Assembly (NCBI GenBank): GCA_002633005.1
Contig: NMRA01000420.1
Span: 353,191-401,747 of the forward strand
Reading direction: 5' to 3'
Source: Phoronis australis
Lineage: Eukaryota; Animalia; Phoronida
Length of the DNA: 48,557 nucleotides
This document shows, piece by piece, positions 1 through 11,360 of the stretch (its first letter is position 1; each line of letters starts with the position of its first letter). The position numbers and the translations under genes are program-made. Below the pieces are notes generated by a model. That model was not told the origin of the DNA. It did not search any database and saw nothing but the letters and a program-made list of their open reading frames with translations.

Positions 1-815
1 AAAATTGTCACCTGTGTGGTTACAGGTGATGTGAACTCAGAGAGATTTTTCACTAGGGGAATTTTTATGCCTCGTGGGGGGAATTTCGCGTGATATTTCA
101 ATATGTTTGAGAGGGGAATAGGGCCGATATTGGGCCCCAAATTTGAGGGATTTAGGGCCCAGTTCTTTTTGGAAGAAAAATTATAATGTTTCAACCCGTA
201 GCAGGGGCGGATCCAGGTTTTTTAGTTAGGAGGGGGGGGCAGGGCACAGGAATAAGCAGCATTTCGGCAGATGCGCGCGCCCAGCCTAAACTCTGGGGAT
301 GCAGGGGTCTTGAATTCTTGGGTTTGCGGACCTGTTGACTACAAAAAAACGGTAAACGGGGCGGTTCATTCAGCGTCTATGCGTTGTTTATTCACCCCCC
401 CAAGACCCGCCCTTGTTGCGCACGTGTGCTAGTCAGCAATTCGCACCCGAACTCAAAGATGGGATCTGATACAATTTTAGGACCCCCCCAAAATCCGTTG
501 TCATGAAAACACAGTCTGGCTGACCCATTCTCCGGTCGTTACTATGATGCTTAACAACTGACCGACATGCGACAAAATATGATCTAACTTTTCGAAAACA
601 TTTATAAATTTTACACGGACATATTTTGCTTCGTCGCTGCAACGACCCAACGCTTCCGAATCTCAACGTCCGACTTTAGAGATTGTGAAGCAGACAGTTG
701 CGTTTCCGTATTTTTCTAGCCGTTCGCGGAACAACACTGTCTGAAACACAGCTAACAGAGCTATCGTAGCGAGCCTCGTTTTGGAATGCGCCTCCTGTCG
801 GCGTGAATAGGGTCT
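1..815 (+). repeat. Dispersed repeat, direct copy of 36557-37374 (truncated by window start)
   Basis: Colinear high similarity from AAAATTGTCA to GCGTGAATAGGGTCT in both copies; contains a CAGGGGCGGATCCAGG motif at ~202 resembling a non-autonomous DNA-transposon end. Confidence 0.9.
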
Positions 816-968
816 ATGCGCCGTGTTCCGACACTTGGAATTGGGTTTGAGCCCCCACCCCCAAACACTAGAACTGCACACATTTAAATCTTTTTTCATC
901 CGTATAATTTTAATTACCGGGGTTAATTAATAAACTCACCATTTCCCTACGCTCTTACTGTTTTATTT
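816..968 (-). repeat. Dispersed repeat, inverted copy of 40539-40702
   Basis: CATCCGTATAATTTTAATTACCGGGGTTAATTAATAAACTC and CCCTACGCTCTTACTGTTTTATT match the reverse complement of 40539-40702. Confidence 0.85.
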
Positions 969-1589
969 TTTTGCGGCAGCCAAGGGGGGGGGGCTAAATC
1001 CGCCAGTGTAACCCCCCTTAATCTACCACTGGGTAATAAGGTAACAATTGTGGCTTGTTTCGTGTATGATAAGATGAACTTCTATGTTTCAGCTGATGCA
1101 ACAACTCCGAAACCGACAACTACGACCGAGTATTGGCCCAGGTTTTGGTTATATTTCTTCAAACGGGAAAGAGCAAAGAAATGTACGTAACGAATGTCTG
1201 TGTAGGCGCAAGAAGCGTTAACTTCGGGCAAAAGTATGAAGCTACCCCAACTCCAATGTTGCGAGGACGATCGATTACTGCCAATCTAACTTCCAAGTTG
1301 TTTTTAAAATGAGTACCAAACGATTGCTGCATAATTTGCAGAGGTGGATCCAGGACTTTGAGTTTGGGGGGGGGGGNNNNNNNNNNNNNNNNNGCAGGGC
1401 AGAGTATAAGCCATAATTTTACCCGTCAGATATTTGTACCCCTGAACTGTCAAACGGAATCTGGGAGAATATTAGGGAGGCCATGACCCCATGCCCCCCA
1501 AATTCGCCACTGTTTTGAGCAATGTTTCCTAACAAAACATCGTGTTCAAAGAGGCCTGGAACGCGAAAAACAGACAAAATGGTTATATG

Positions 1590-1830
1590 CCACTGAAACA
1601 GAAATCAAAATGTTCGCCCCGTAGTTTTTTAGGTTTCTTTGTAAAGATTTTTGAATTGATGGTGGTGCCAAAGCATTTTCCTTTAGTTTCAAATTTCATG
1701 AAAATACGATTTGTCAACTTTTTGTCACGATTTTCTCCCACATGGCAAGACCCAGAGGTATCCGTTATAAGAAAATGTGACCTTTGACCTTTGATGTAAG
1801 CAGAAGAATGGCGATTTCAAGCAGCAGCCA
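1590..1830. repeat. Diverged repeat, inverted copy at ~14745-15016
   Basis: Shared blocks TTTAGTTTCAAATTT, ATGTGACCT..ACCTTTGA and AATGGCGATTTCA.GCAGCA occur in reverse complement at 14745-15016. Confidence 0.65.
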
Positions 1831-1900
1831 TACTATGATGGGCAGCTGTGGGGAAAGTGTCGCCGTAAAATTACGTGCGTAAATTAATTCTTATTAGTGG

Positions 1901-2020
1901 CGTAAATTAATTACTTGCAGCCTAACATCATTATTTGCGGCGTAAGGTAATAATTCGCGGCGTAAGGTAATTATTTGCAGCGTAAAGTAATTATTTGCGG
2001 CGTAAAGTAATTACTTGCTG
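1901..2020 (+). repeat. Minisatellite, 6 x 20 bp (consensus CGTAARGTAATTATTTGCRG)
   Basis: Units start at 1901, 1921, 1941, 1961, 1981 and 2001 with an exact 20-bp period. Confidence 0.9.
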
Positions 2021-2048
2021 CGGCTATTGTATTGGGATGAAAAATTTC

Positions 2049-2134
2049 ATATTTCGTCTGTGTTTCAAAAATAGTGAATCTGACGATATTTTCTAAATAT
2101 TCTTGCAATATTCAAAGTGAATAACTCTTACGTC
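2049..2134. repeat. Short dispersed repeat, inverted copy at ~12648-12736
   Basis: ATATTTCGTCTGTGTTT..AAAAATAGTGAATCT..TTCTTGCAATATTCA.AGTGAAT is the reverse complement of 12648-12736. Confidence 0.75.
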
Positions 2135-5100
2135 TGCATCCCCAAGAAGAAGAAGATTCGCCATGATCGTGTGTTCAAACGGTATTCTTTTACGTGTTTT
2201 CTCGTTACGTGTCTCTTTCAAGATGATATTAGAAAGTGAATATTACTTTCAGGAAGCTCAAGTGGCCTATTCTATGAATGTATGATGAATCGTTAGTGCC
2301 GTAATTGCCCTTGAAAAGACTAAATGAAATCAAGAACAAACCCTATGAAATACAATGTAAAGACTCTTTTCCCATGCCGAGGACTAGCTTATATAAAGCT
2401 TCCGACTGATGATTCGAAGAAAAGATGACGTCACGCAGGTCCATCTTGCAAAGTTGGCACGCACAGGGTGGTTAACAAGCAGGACGATTTACTTTAACTA
2501 CTTCAAAATCTAATTAAAGTTGTATTTCTCACTGTCTAGCTAGCTGAAAAACAAAACATTAGGACACTTACCCTCACAAAACCGGTGCCATGATATTACT
2601 TTCTGTTGCAGGGTTTTATTTCCTTTACGGGCAAGAACACATAAATTATGGTTGTTCAACCTTAAATTGCAAATTTGAAAATGGCACACATGCGCATTGC
2701 CCGGCTGTGTTCTTGTTGCAATCATAGTTGCCTACCACTGTAAAAATGATACGAGACCTATTCGATTTCCGTTCTTAGCCAGCTAAACTGGGCAAAGTAT
2801 ACGTTTAACGTGTGCCAGGTCAATGTGGATCTCATCACCTTCAGCCAACCGTGCAGACTAGATCTACAGCACTTGCTGTGACTGCCATTAAAGTAACGGA
2901 ACGAAGGTTGTTTTGACATGATGTCACAATGATTATTCATAGCGAGCGCCGTTACAATGTATAAGGAATAGAGTACTTACTATACCTATCGGCGATCTGT
3001 TTGTGTTTGCAGACCTAGGTTTCGAGCCCGTCCTGGGCCCTTCGTCGTGATACTGGCGGTAATGTTCGTGACACATGGTTACCAGTGGGTGGTCTTTGGT
3101 GGTTGTCTAACATCACCGGGTGGCTGCAAGGAGGCACTGGTAATTCGTATCTACTGCCTCTGTTCAATTTTGGTTTATTGCTCATAGACTGATTTTCTGA
3201 TTTTACGACTCCTATATTTATTTTCCCTAGATGTTATTTCGACTGCACGTTTGCCGTCCCCTAGGGGTGGCAATATATGCCGAGTGCGACAATATATGCC
3301 GCCGATATCGGCACATATCGGTATACATTGTTGCGCATTGTTGTCGCAACAGCGTTCAGAAGAGTTTGACGAGCAGGCAATAAGCACATTGTCGAGACCA
3401 GCTGACTTGATTCAGTTCCTTTGAAGATTTCGGCTCCTCGCAGCAGCCATCTTCAGAAGTTAATGGCCACTAGGCGGGAGCTAGTGGTGATCAGGTTATT
3501 CCAAACCTTGGACAACTTGTGCCGTCACTCGTTTTTGTTCGGTAACACGTTTTCCTGACCCAGATAGCCTCCGTGATTCTTTCAGCTCTCACGTCACTTT
3601 CACTGTCATTTACATTACAAAGCATGCTCAGTGCCAGGAAGAATGTGATTTCAGAGGTCTATGAATAATTCTACTGTCACTGATCGTGGGCCAACTTGTT
3701 ATAAGTTGTTTGTTACATTCTCTATCCAACCTTTTTTAAACGCCACAGTTGGTAGGTAAAGGAGACAACTCAGCGAGTTTCCTAACAAGGATGCAATTCC
3801 CTGGTTCAGGCGTTATCCACTCTACAATCAGCGGCAAGGGAACAAATTTGCACCACGATTATTTCAGTGACGCATGTAGTGGGTAAAATCTTCAAATATA
3901 CGTAGGGCTAGTTTACGTGCCCAAGTGATTTTAAACAAACCACCACCACATCTAACAAGGAGTACACGCACAATGGACAAAATGTGTACACCATTTACCG
4001 CAAAACTCTATGTTGGACGTGACAGGCGCTCGATCTCTTAGGTTTCAGTCAAAACTTTTGCGACGCATTGCAGCAATATCTCGCATTGCGACAAAACATT
4101 GTCGATGCTTAACGTGTTGCTACCATGACAGCGTTTTCCCGTTCAGTGACTTTACCTGACGTAGGGGGTTCTGAGCGTGTGATAACATCTAGCTTCTTTG
4201 TTAACTGCCAAGCACAATCTCTTGTCTGTTACGACAACAAGCAGGCCAATTATCTACCAGGCTTATTACAGACCACGTGTGAACACAGTCAAACTCAGAG
4301 TGAATTGGTGTATTTGGAAAGACTAGATTGTCGTAACTTCGGTTGCAGTTGGGCAATTTTGGCGATTCCGGCAAAAAAACTAAACATGATCACCATTTGA
4401 AGAAGATTTCAGAAATGCTATTGGTTTATGTTCAAATTTGTTATAACTTAACTTTCACAACCCAGTCAGGGTAAATACGATCTTATTGGAGATTCGAGCA
4501 ATTATAGGACAAAAGAGAGCTGGCCCTCCAACCATAAATGCCAGAATGGAGTTAATCAGTCGTGTAAGATATTGCCTACAGGGGTAAACTTCCCAACTTG
4601 TTGTTGGACAATAGAATCGAACAAGTTGGGAGCAACGGGAAAACGCCGTAATGACATTGTGACATATTGCGGTACAACATGGCTGATAAGTTTCGTTTGT
4701 TTACTTCAAGCAATCAACAGGCGAAGCTTCTGGAACGGTCAGTTTTGGGACGATTCTGTCAAAGAGCAGTTGGAAAAAGAGACAGTAGGGACCACTTCAG
4801 CGGACAATACCACTGACTCTCCCATGGTCTGAATGTTAGCTGTTCGACTTCGTCCGTTATAGTTTGTAAAGTTATTAAGTCACGTGAGCTGGATTTTTAC
4901 CTTAGATTTGCATTTGACGTTTCATGACATCATGGAAAGTCCATGCGGGTTTGATTTGTCAAATGGTAAGAAGAAATAGTAAAGATGAACAATAACTACT
5001 ATTACAATACTGTTGTCATCGTTGTTCTATTGCTATGCGAAAACATATGGCGTACGTATTATAACTACATGTAGATACTTGAATTGACGTCACATTAATC

Positions 5101-5340
5101 GACTCATAGGCTTCTCCACTGACTTCAAATCAAAGTGGTAACACTAACGATACACTCAAAAGAGGGGAGTTGTACCAACGCCAACAGAAAAATTAGCCAG
5201 GGTCGGGCTGTAACTGCCTGACCTACATTTAACGTGTAGGGCCTACTCTCTCCGTCTGAGATTGAAACCGCGCTGTAGGCTACTACGTCACCAATTACTT
5301 CTTGAACAGCACTAGAAACAAAACTAACATAGGCCTAAAA

Positions 5341-5364
5341 TACATACATACATACATACATACA

Positions 5365-5394
<30 letters not shown>
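5341..5394 (+). repeat. (TACA)n microsatellite, ~13 units
   Basis: Perfect tetranucleotide run seen directly. Confidence 0.97.
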
Positions 5395-5396
<2 letters not shown>

Positions 5397-5725
5397 GGTT
5401 ATCCCACATGCATAGGAATACTACTACCTGTAGAGAATTCATTTCATCTGTGAATGTCCCTTCGGTCTCGTTGGGACATTTCCAGACGAAATGAATTCAA
5501 GATAGGATATCACAGTAGTATTTCTGTGTACAGCTGTATGTATAATAACCTGTTTATCCCATTTATATGCGCGCATCCCCGGTTGAGGGCGGGGGGGGGN
5601 TGTGTACAGCTGCATGTACATGTATAATAACCTGTTTATCCCATTTATATGCGTGCACCCCGGGTTGAGGGGGGGGGGGCTCGAGGGTATCATTCGAGCC
5701 CCCACCCCATTTGGCGAAGTAGGCC

Positions 5726-5905
5726 AAAAGGTCCTCCTCAGAGAAACCAAAAATCCGAGAAAACGAGACAAAAGTCCACTAAAAAGGCGCGAATGCACAA
5801 TTCATAGCTCTGAACGTGGTACCCCGTTTTTAGTTTCCCGTTTTTTGTTAGTAAAAGGTCCACATAGTCAACAATTCGAGCCACCCTATATTTTACGCTG
5901 GGTGC
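5726..5905 (+). repeat. Dispersed repeat, direct copy at ~44914-45069
   Basis: AAAAGGTCC.CCTCAGAGAAAC, GAGACAAAAGT and AATGCACAATTCA.AGCT.TGAAC are shared in order. Confidence 0.75.
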
Positions 5906-7037
5906 GCGCATGTTATTTGCTTCATCGTTGCAAAATCTTGTTGTCATGTGCTCCGGCTTGTTGTTGAATGGCGCCGTATATATGCCAAGAACGGTACCCA
6001 AGCCGGTTAACGACAAGATTATCTGTGAAAGTGTTGAATAACTAGGAAAGATTTATTTCCAAATAAATAGATAAGAATTTCAGTTTGTGAAATATACAAG
6101 TTAAGCACTGAACCATTCAGTATTACCCAACTTAGAAACAATCCATCCGGGATTATAGGTTAAAGATTGAAACATTCCCTGAACAGTTGTGCAGCAGTGT
6201 GTCATTTAAGCTTCTACAAATTCCTTAGTTTTCTTGGTCTATTTTCGTGCCTTAGCTTCTCGACTGTAAATAGATGATAGAAATATTTTCCCGTGTTGTT
6301 AACAGCATTGGAAAATATCGGTGGAAACCGCGGATTTTCAGAACTTGAGGTAAGGACTGTATTGCAAAAAGCAGATTTTACGCTACGACTGGCAGCGACG
6401 GAGAGTTGAACGTTGCGTGCAGTAAGAACACATGGCTTCTTCGATTTTGAAAGTCGTAGTGCGAGTAAACAAGAGGCGTGATGGTTTTTGCGGTGCATCA
6501 AGCGTGCGTAGGCACACGGGATTGTTCTAAAATCCCTTCGATCCCCCACACCCCACGACCCCCTCGACCCAGTCTACACAAGCTCGACTCAATCTGAACC
6601 AACGTCCAGTTTTTGGCCGTGAACTCGGCTGGCTTTCCCCTGTTTTTTGCAATTAAAAAAGTCAATTTGTCAAGTTTGAAAGCCAAGAACAGAAAATCAA
6701 ATGAAAGGGCTACCAACGTTACAAATCGTCTCGTTCCCACCAGAGTTTAATCGTCTGGTCTGCTCTTTAGTGAATGGTGGGATCAAACTATATTCGGGAG
6801 AGTACGAGAAGGCCACGGATATGTAATGTCTTCAGTAAATACAGTTCTAAAAAAAGAAACTGTTAACTAAAAGGCATCATAAAGTTTCATGCAGTATACT
6901 GTAAAAGAATATACAACAGAAAGCAAATAAAAATGTGAAATTATGTGCATTCACGTTAGCGTACTCCCTCCCTAAGTTTAGCAGAACAGAGCCATTGGTA
7001 GCCACTCGCGGACCTATATCCGTGAAAACTATAGCAC

Positions 7038-7538
7038 GCAGCTTCGTCCCGAAGCCTCACGATTAGATGGCGCTGATCGGTTTAGCCATTTGAGGCTTGG
7101 TTATGGGAAACTCCTTTTGCGCTATGATTGGCCGCTGTCTTAACGTCATAAAACAAAGGCACACATTAATTATTTTTCGCAGGCCTTGTTGCTACCATTC
7201 ATGAAGTAGAAGACATTGTTTTGGTTATTGTTTGAAATAAAGGTTGTTAGCGTACTTATTTTCCATTCTTTTTTATCAATAGTATCACAGAAATTAATCA
7301 GTTTTCGAATCAAAATACATCATTTTTGCAATAATTTAGTCCTAAATTGCTGCAATATAAAGTTAGTTTTTATTTTTATATTATACTGCAGAAATTTCAA
7401 AGTTGATACGACTTTATATTACTCGTGATATTTCGGCAATTTCCGTAAAAATGTGTCCGAATTCTGACACATTTCATTTCCCATAACCAAGCCTCAAATG
7501 CCTAAACCGATCTCGAGGCTTGAGGACGAGCCGCTGCG
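7038..7538. mobile_element. MITE-like element with terminal inverted repeats
   Basis: 7075-7110 and 7477-7512 form a 36-bp inverted repeat with 1 mismatch; weaker inverted similarity extends to ~7038/7538; AT-rich non-coding core; TSD not resolved. Confidence 0.7.
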
Positions 7539-7626
7539 ACAACACGCTTTCAAACCGCTAGTTCAGATCATGTTCTTCCTCCATTTTCTGTTTTTAACCC
7601 ACCATCTTAAGCTAGAGCAGACTCGC

Positions 7627-7834
7627 NNNNNNNNNNNNNNNNNNNNNNNNNNNNNNNNNNNNNNNNNNNNNNNNNNNNNNNNNNNNNNNNNNNNNNNNNN
7701 NNNNNNNNNNNNNNNNNNNNNNNNNNNNNNNNNNNNNNNNNNNNNNNNNNNNNNNNNNNNNNNNNNNNNNNNNNNNNNNNNNNNNNNNNNNNNNNNNNNN
7801 NNNNNNNNNNNNNNNNNNNNNNNNNNNNNNNNNN
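7627..7834. other. Assembly gap (N run)
   Basis: 208 N; smaller gaps at 1377-1393, 5600, 20124 and 40538. Confidence 0.99.
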
Positions 7835-8049
7835 AATTTGTTATAGTTAATTTATTTGCTGTGCACCTCAATGAGACCAGTTCATATATATGCATTTAAC
7901 ACGATTAATAAATTGTAAAACCATAGATTATGCACTATCAACATGAGACAAAAACAGTACACCCCTTTATTAAAAAATAGGTTAAAGATTAGAAACAAAG
8001 GACGAGAGCGTAGACAAGTTTCCATCCCTTGCAACGTCGATTTTTTACG

Positions 8050-8370
8050 ATGGACGTTGGAGAAGAACATCAGTCTGGTGACAGCAACACGGAATCGCAC
8101 GAAGGCGATGATTTTCGACTAAAATTTGATTCGTTGTTTTGTTTGTCATTTTTTCCTACAGTTCAGGATTATTTGTGGATACAGGAACAAGAACTGAACG
8201 ATGCATGGTTCGTGACAACGTTGGTGAACGGTAATATCTATCTAAGGTGTTACAACTGTCATCGATATTGTCATCTCATCTGTTTTCATCCAACCTTCCC
8301 AGATGAAAACTTGAATGAAGAGGACCATCAGTACTTGAGTGAGCATGGTATACTGTGTGATTTATGTTGA
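8050..8370 (+). CDS. Candidate ORF or terminal exon with a partial PHD-like zinc finger
   Basis: C-terminal CYNC-x4-H-x2-C...CDLC-stop matches the last six ligands of a PHD-type finger; pyrimidine tract plus CAG acceptor at ~8134-8161; ATG at 8050. Confidence 0.4.
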   Translation: MDVGEEHQSGDSNTESHEGDDFRLKFDSLFCLSFFPTVQDYLWIQEQELNDAWFVTTLVNGNIYLRCYNCHRYCHLICFHPTFPDENLNEEDHQYLSEHGILCDLC

Positions 8371-9195
8371 ATGACTCAACGGTTCTTTTAAGAACCATTT
8401 CACGCTGTGTTTATTGTAGTTAGATATTGTTTATGATAAGGGCCTGAAAATTCTGAGACCAGGCGAACTTTCGTCATGTATCAACACGCTTTCGTAGTTT
8501 TCTCAGTAGGCAGCCTATGTGAACCGTAAATCAAAAACTGTCCGATAACTATGCTGCTATTGGGCAAGCAGACGACATAAAGGGTCGGAACCGAAGTTTG
8601 AATTTTGAAATTAATTACCAGTAGCATTGCCAAAAGTACTCACAATACCAACACTTCTACTATTGAATGACTTTGAAAAGCGTTTCAATACCGAAATTAA
8701 TATAAATTAATGTTTTTTTCGCTGTTTTGGACAGTAAAGTAGATGCAGGTATTTCTCGTCAAATTACACTGACCGGAAACTGCAGCAGATAGGTCAGGAG
8801 AGTTCAACTCAGCTCGTAAGAATATGCCGGAGTTGCGAATCTGTTGTCTATAATCTATGCAGCGACGGAGAGTTGAACGCTTCGTGCAGTAAAAACACAT
8901 ACTCGAAATTAGGTCACAATTTCCTGTAAAGACCTTAGCTCTCGGTGTAGATATACTGTGTGCATCCATAACGAAAAGTTTTCGTTGTATTTGAATTACA
9001 TTTTTGGCTGATTTTGTTAGCCTGGGAGGACATTTATCTTGACCTATTAATGATGACGTCGGAATTTTCTTCGGTAAATCTTTTCTGTTTTCAGAGCAGT
9101 AAAACTCAGGAATGACGCGTTAGTTAATGATGTAGGTAACCCCAATGAACGAGCTCAATCAAATTTGGCGTTGCACTCGCGACTTTACACAGCAG

Positions 9196-9345
9196 GGCTC
9201 AGTTGCATAAAAGTTATACGCCGTTTAGCAACAAGGAAGTAGCATTATCACGCGTCACGTTGTTATTGTTGAACAATGCACCTGACGTCATGCAACAATC
9301 AAACTTATCCAGCGGATAACTTTTGAAGCTTTATGCAACTCAGCC
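9196..9345. mobile_element. 150-bp MITE with CAG TSD (PIF/Harbinger-like)
   Basis: TIR GGCTCAGTTGCATAAA / TTTATGCAACTCAGCC; CAG at 9193-9195 and 9346-9348; absent from the paralogous host repeat at ~12060-12110. Confidence 0.8.
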
Positions 9346-9926
9346 CAGGAGACTGCCCACCAACCTTGAAATACGGCTTCTACTGTTGTATACAGCTTCT
9401 ACCGTTGTATACCAATTGGCTCTATTTCCCGTATTCCGAAGTTAATAGCGTGACGTATACATGTACAACATACATATTTTTACATAATTATATAGGATAA
9501 ATACAGGTTATCCAACATATACTACTGCCATAGCTTATGGAGAATTCATTTCAATGAATTCGAGATAGGATATCGCAGTAGTATTCCTATGTACATGTAT
9601 GTGGAATAACCTATTTAATCCCATATATTTGGACTAATTTCCATCATCGTGGCAATACCTTGTTGCCGTGTGATAGGGTTTGTTGTTATATGGCGTTTTT
9701 TTTTTGCCAAGTACGGTACAAAAATTGGTTAAGCTACAAGACAATCTGTGAAAGTGTTGAATAAGCAGTAAATTTTTATTTCGTAATAAATTCATCGGAA
9801 TTTTTAGATTGTGAAATATAGAAGTTAAAGCTTTGAACCATTCAATTATATCAGAAGTTTGTCGGAAATCGTTAGAAAAATTTATCTGGGAATATAAAAA
9901 TTGAAACATTCCCTGAACTGAGTTGT

Positions 9927-11360
9927 CAGTGCAGCCACTGAATTATTAGACTCTCTCCGGTGTCTCTCCGATCTAGCCACCCGTGACCGTAACCGGAGAC
10001 AGACCGGACAGTGAGACGTGAATCAACCGTGACAGCTGGCGTGAGCCTAAGCGTGACTGTACCCGGAGCTTACCGTGAGTTAGGCATCAAAGAAGCGCGA
10101 GCCAGCCGTGAGCTAGGCGTGAGTTAAGCTGCATCACAGATGAAAAAGTAGTTTATTAAAATTATATCAGTAACAAGCAGTGATGTGTGTAGACGTTTGC
10201 TCATGTGAGGTTTTTTTGAAATCGTTACGTTCAGCAAAAGACCAAAATTTCCTTCTCAAACCTTAAGTCACTTCAGGAAACAGATGTTTGGACTCTACTT
10301 TTCACTTATATGTAATTATTTGTTTATTGATAAACTACTAAAGAATCTTAACACGCGTGTACATGGCGGAAATATTCAATTGCCTTCACGATATGAAGGA
10401 GCATAGCATGTCAATTCTGAGCACATTGATCCCAAGTTCCGGCTTCATGTGGAGAAAACTGATCGTGCCCATGCATTTGACGAGTCAAACAGACCACTGC
10501 TATTATTATTTTAGTGAAGAAGTACCCCGGGGATACTGTGAACTCAGTCGAAACGCATGTACTACGGGGAGGGGGCTACAAATAATTAAACTGCACTAAG
10601 GATTGAGGACTTTTTAGTCAAAACATTTGCTTGCAGGTATTACGGTATTACAGTAACATTTGCTTGCAGTAAGGGATGGGTATGTCGGAATGGCGGCCTT
10701 TTGAAATTTTCTGAACGCCAGTGCGTTGCAAAAATAACGGAGTGACACAATACTTCACAAGATACGTAGGCTATTTTTAGGGCAAATTAACTATATCCAG
10801 CTGTGACAAGTTTCAAGGAGTCCACAGCCATGTACATGTAAAGACGACTCTGGAAACAGGGTCGCGTATATTCGTATTTACATGTCATAACCGTGGTTGC
10901 TGTACATGTATGTCGTTGATGGGACTGGCTCTTAAGTCATAAACAGAACATGTACAGTACATATAACCGTAACACAAGATGAGCTGAAGGAAGACGTTTG
11001 TATGAACAACATGTGGAATTACAAAGTTAGTCGGAACCCAAGATGATAGACTGCTTGCAAAGATACTCTATAATATATTATAATGTCTTTGCAACTTGTC
11101 CAAAACGACAGGCAATCAAGACGTTACATGTATTTTTATTGATTAGCCCGGTGACCTACCATGGTTACCACAGGTACCAAAAGCGTGAAGAAAGCCTGAG
11201 GAAAGCGTGAACTAAACCGGAGGTAAGCGTGAGCACTACCCGGAGAGTAGGCGTTAGGCGACCGTGACTGATTTCTGTCACGCCTGCGTTCCGGTGGCGC
11301 TCCGGTCTGGCCAGGCGTGAGGTAGCCCGGACGAAGTCTAAAAAATCAGTGGCTGTACTG
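9927..11360. mobile_element. 1.43-kb non-autonomous TIR transposon with CAGT...ACTG ends (Tc1/mariner-like termini)
   Basis: 26-bp TIR CAGTGCAGCCACTGAATTATTAGACT versus reverse complement CAGTACAGCCACTGATTTTTTAGACT (3 mismatches); ~11-bp degenerate CCGTGAG/GCGTGAG subterminal repeats at both ends; interrupts repeat block A; TA on the right flank only. Confidence 0.85.

Noticed and set aside
1901-2020. Iteron- or CRISPR-like 20-bp repeats
   Set aside because: Contiguous units without spacers in eukaryotic repeat DNA; an ordinary minisatellite.
7498-7899. ORFs of 133 and 110 aa
   Set aside because: They are open only because they cross the N gap.
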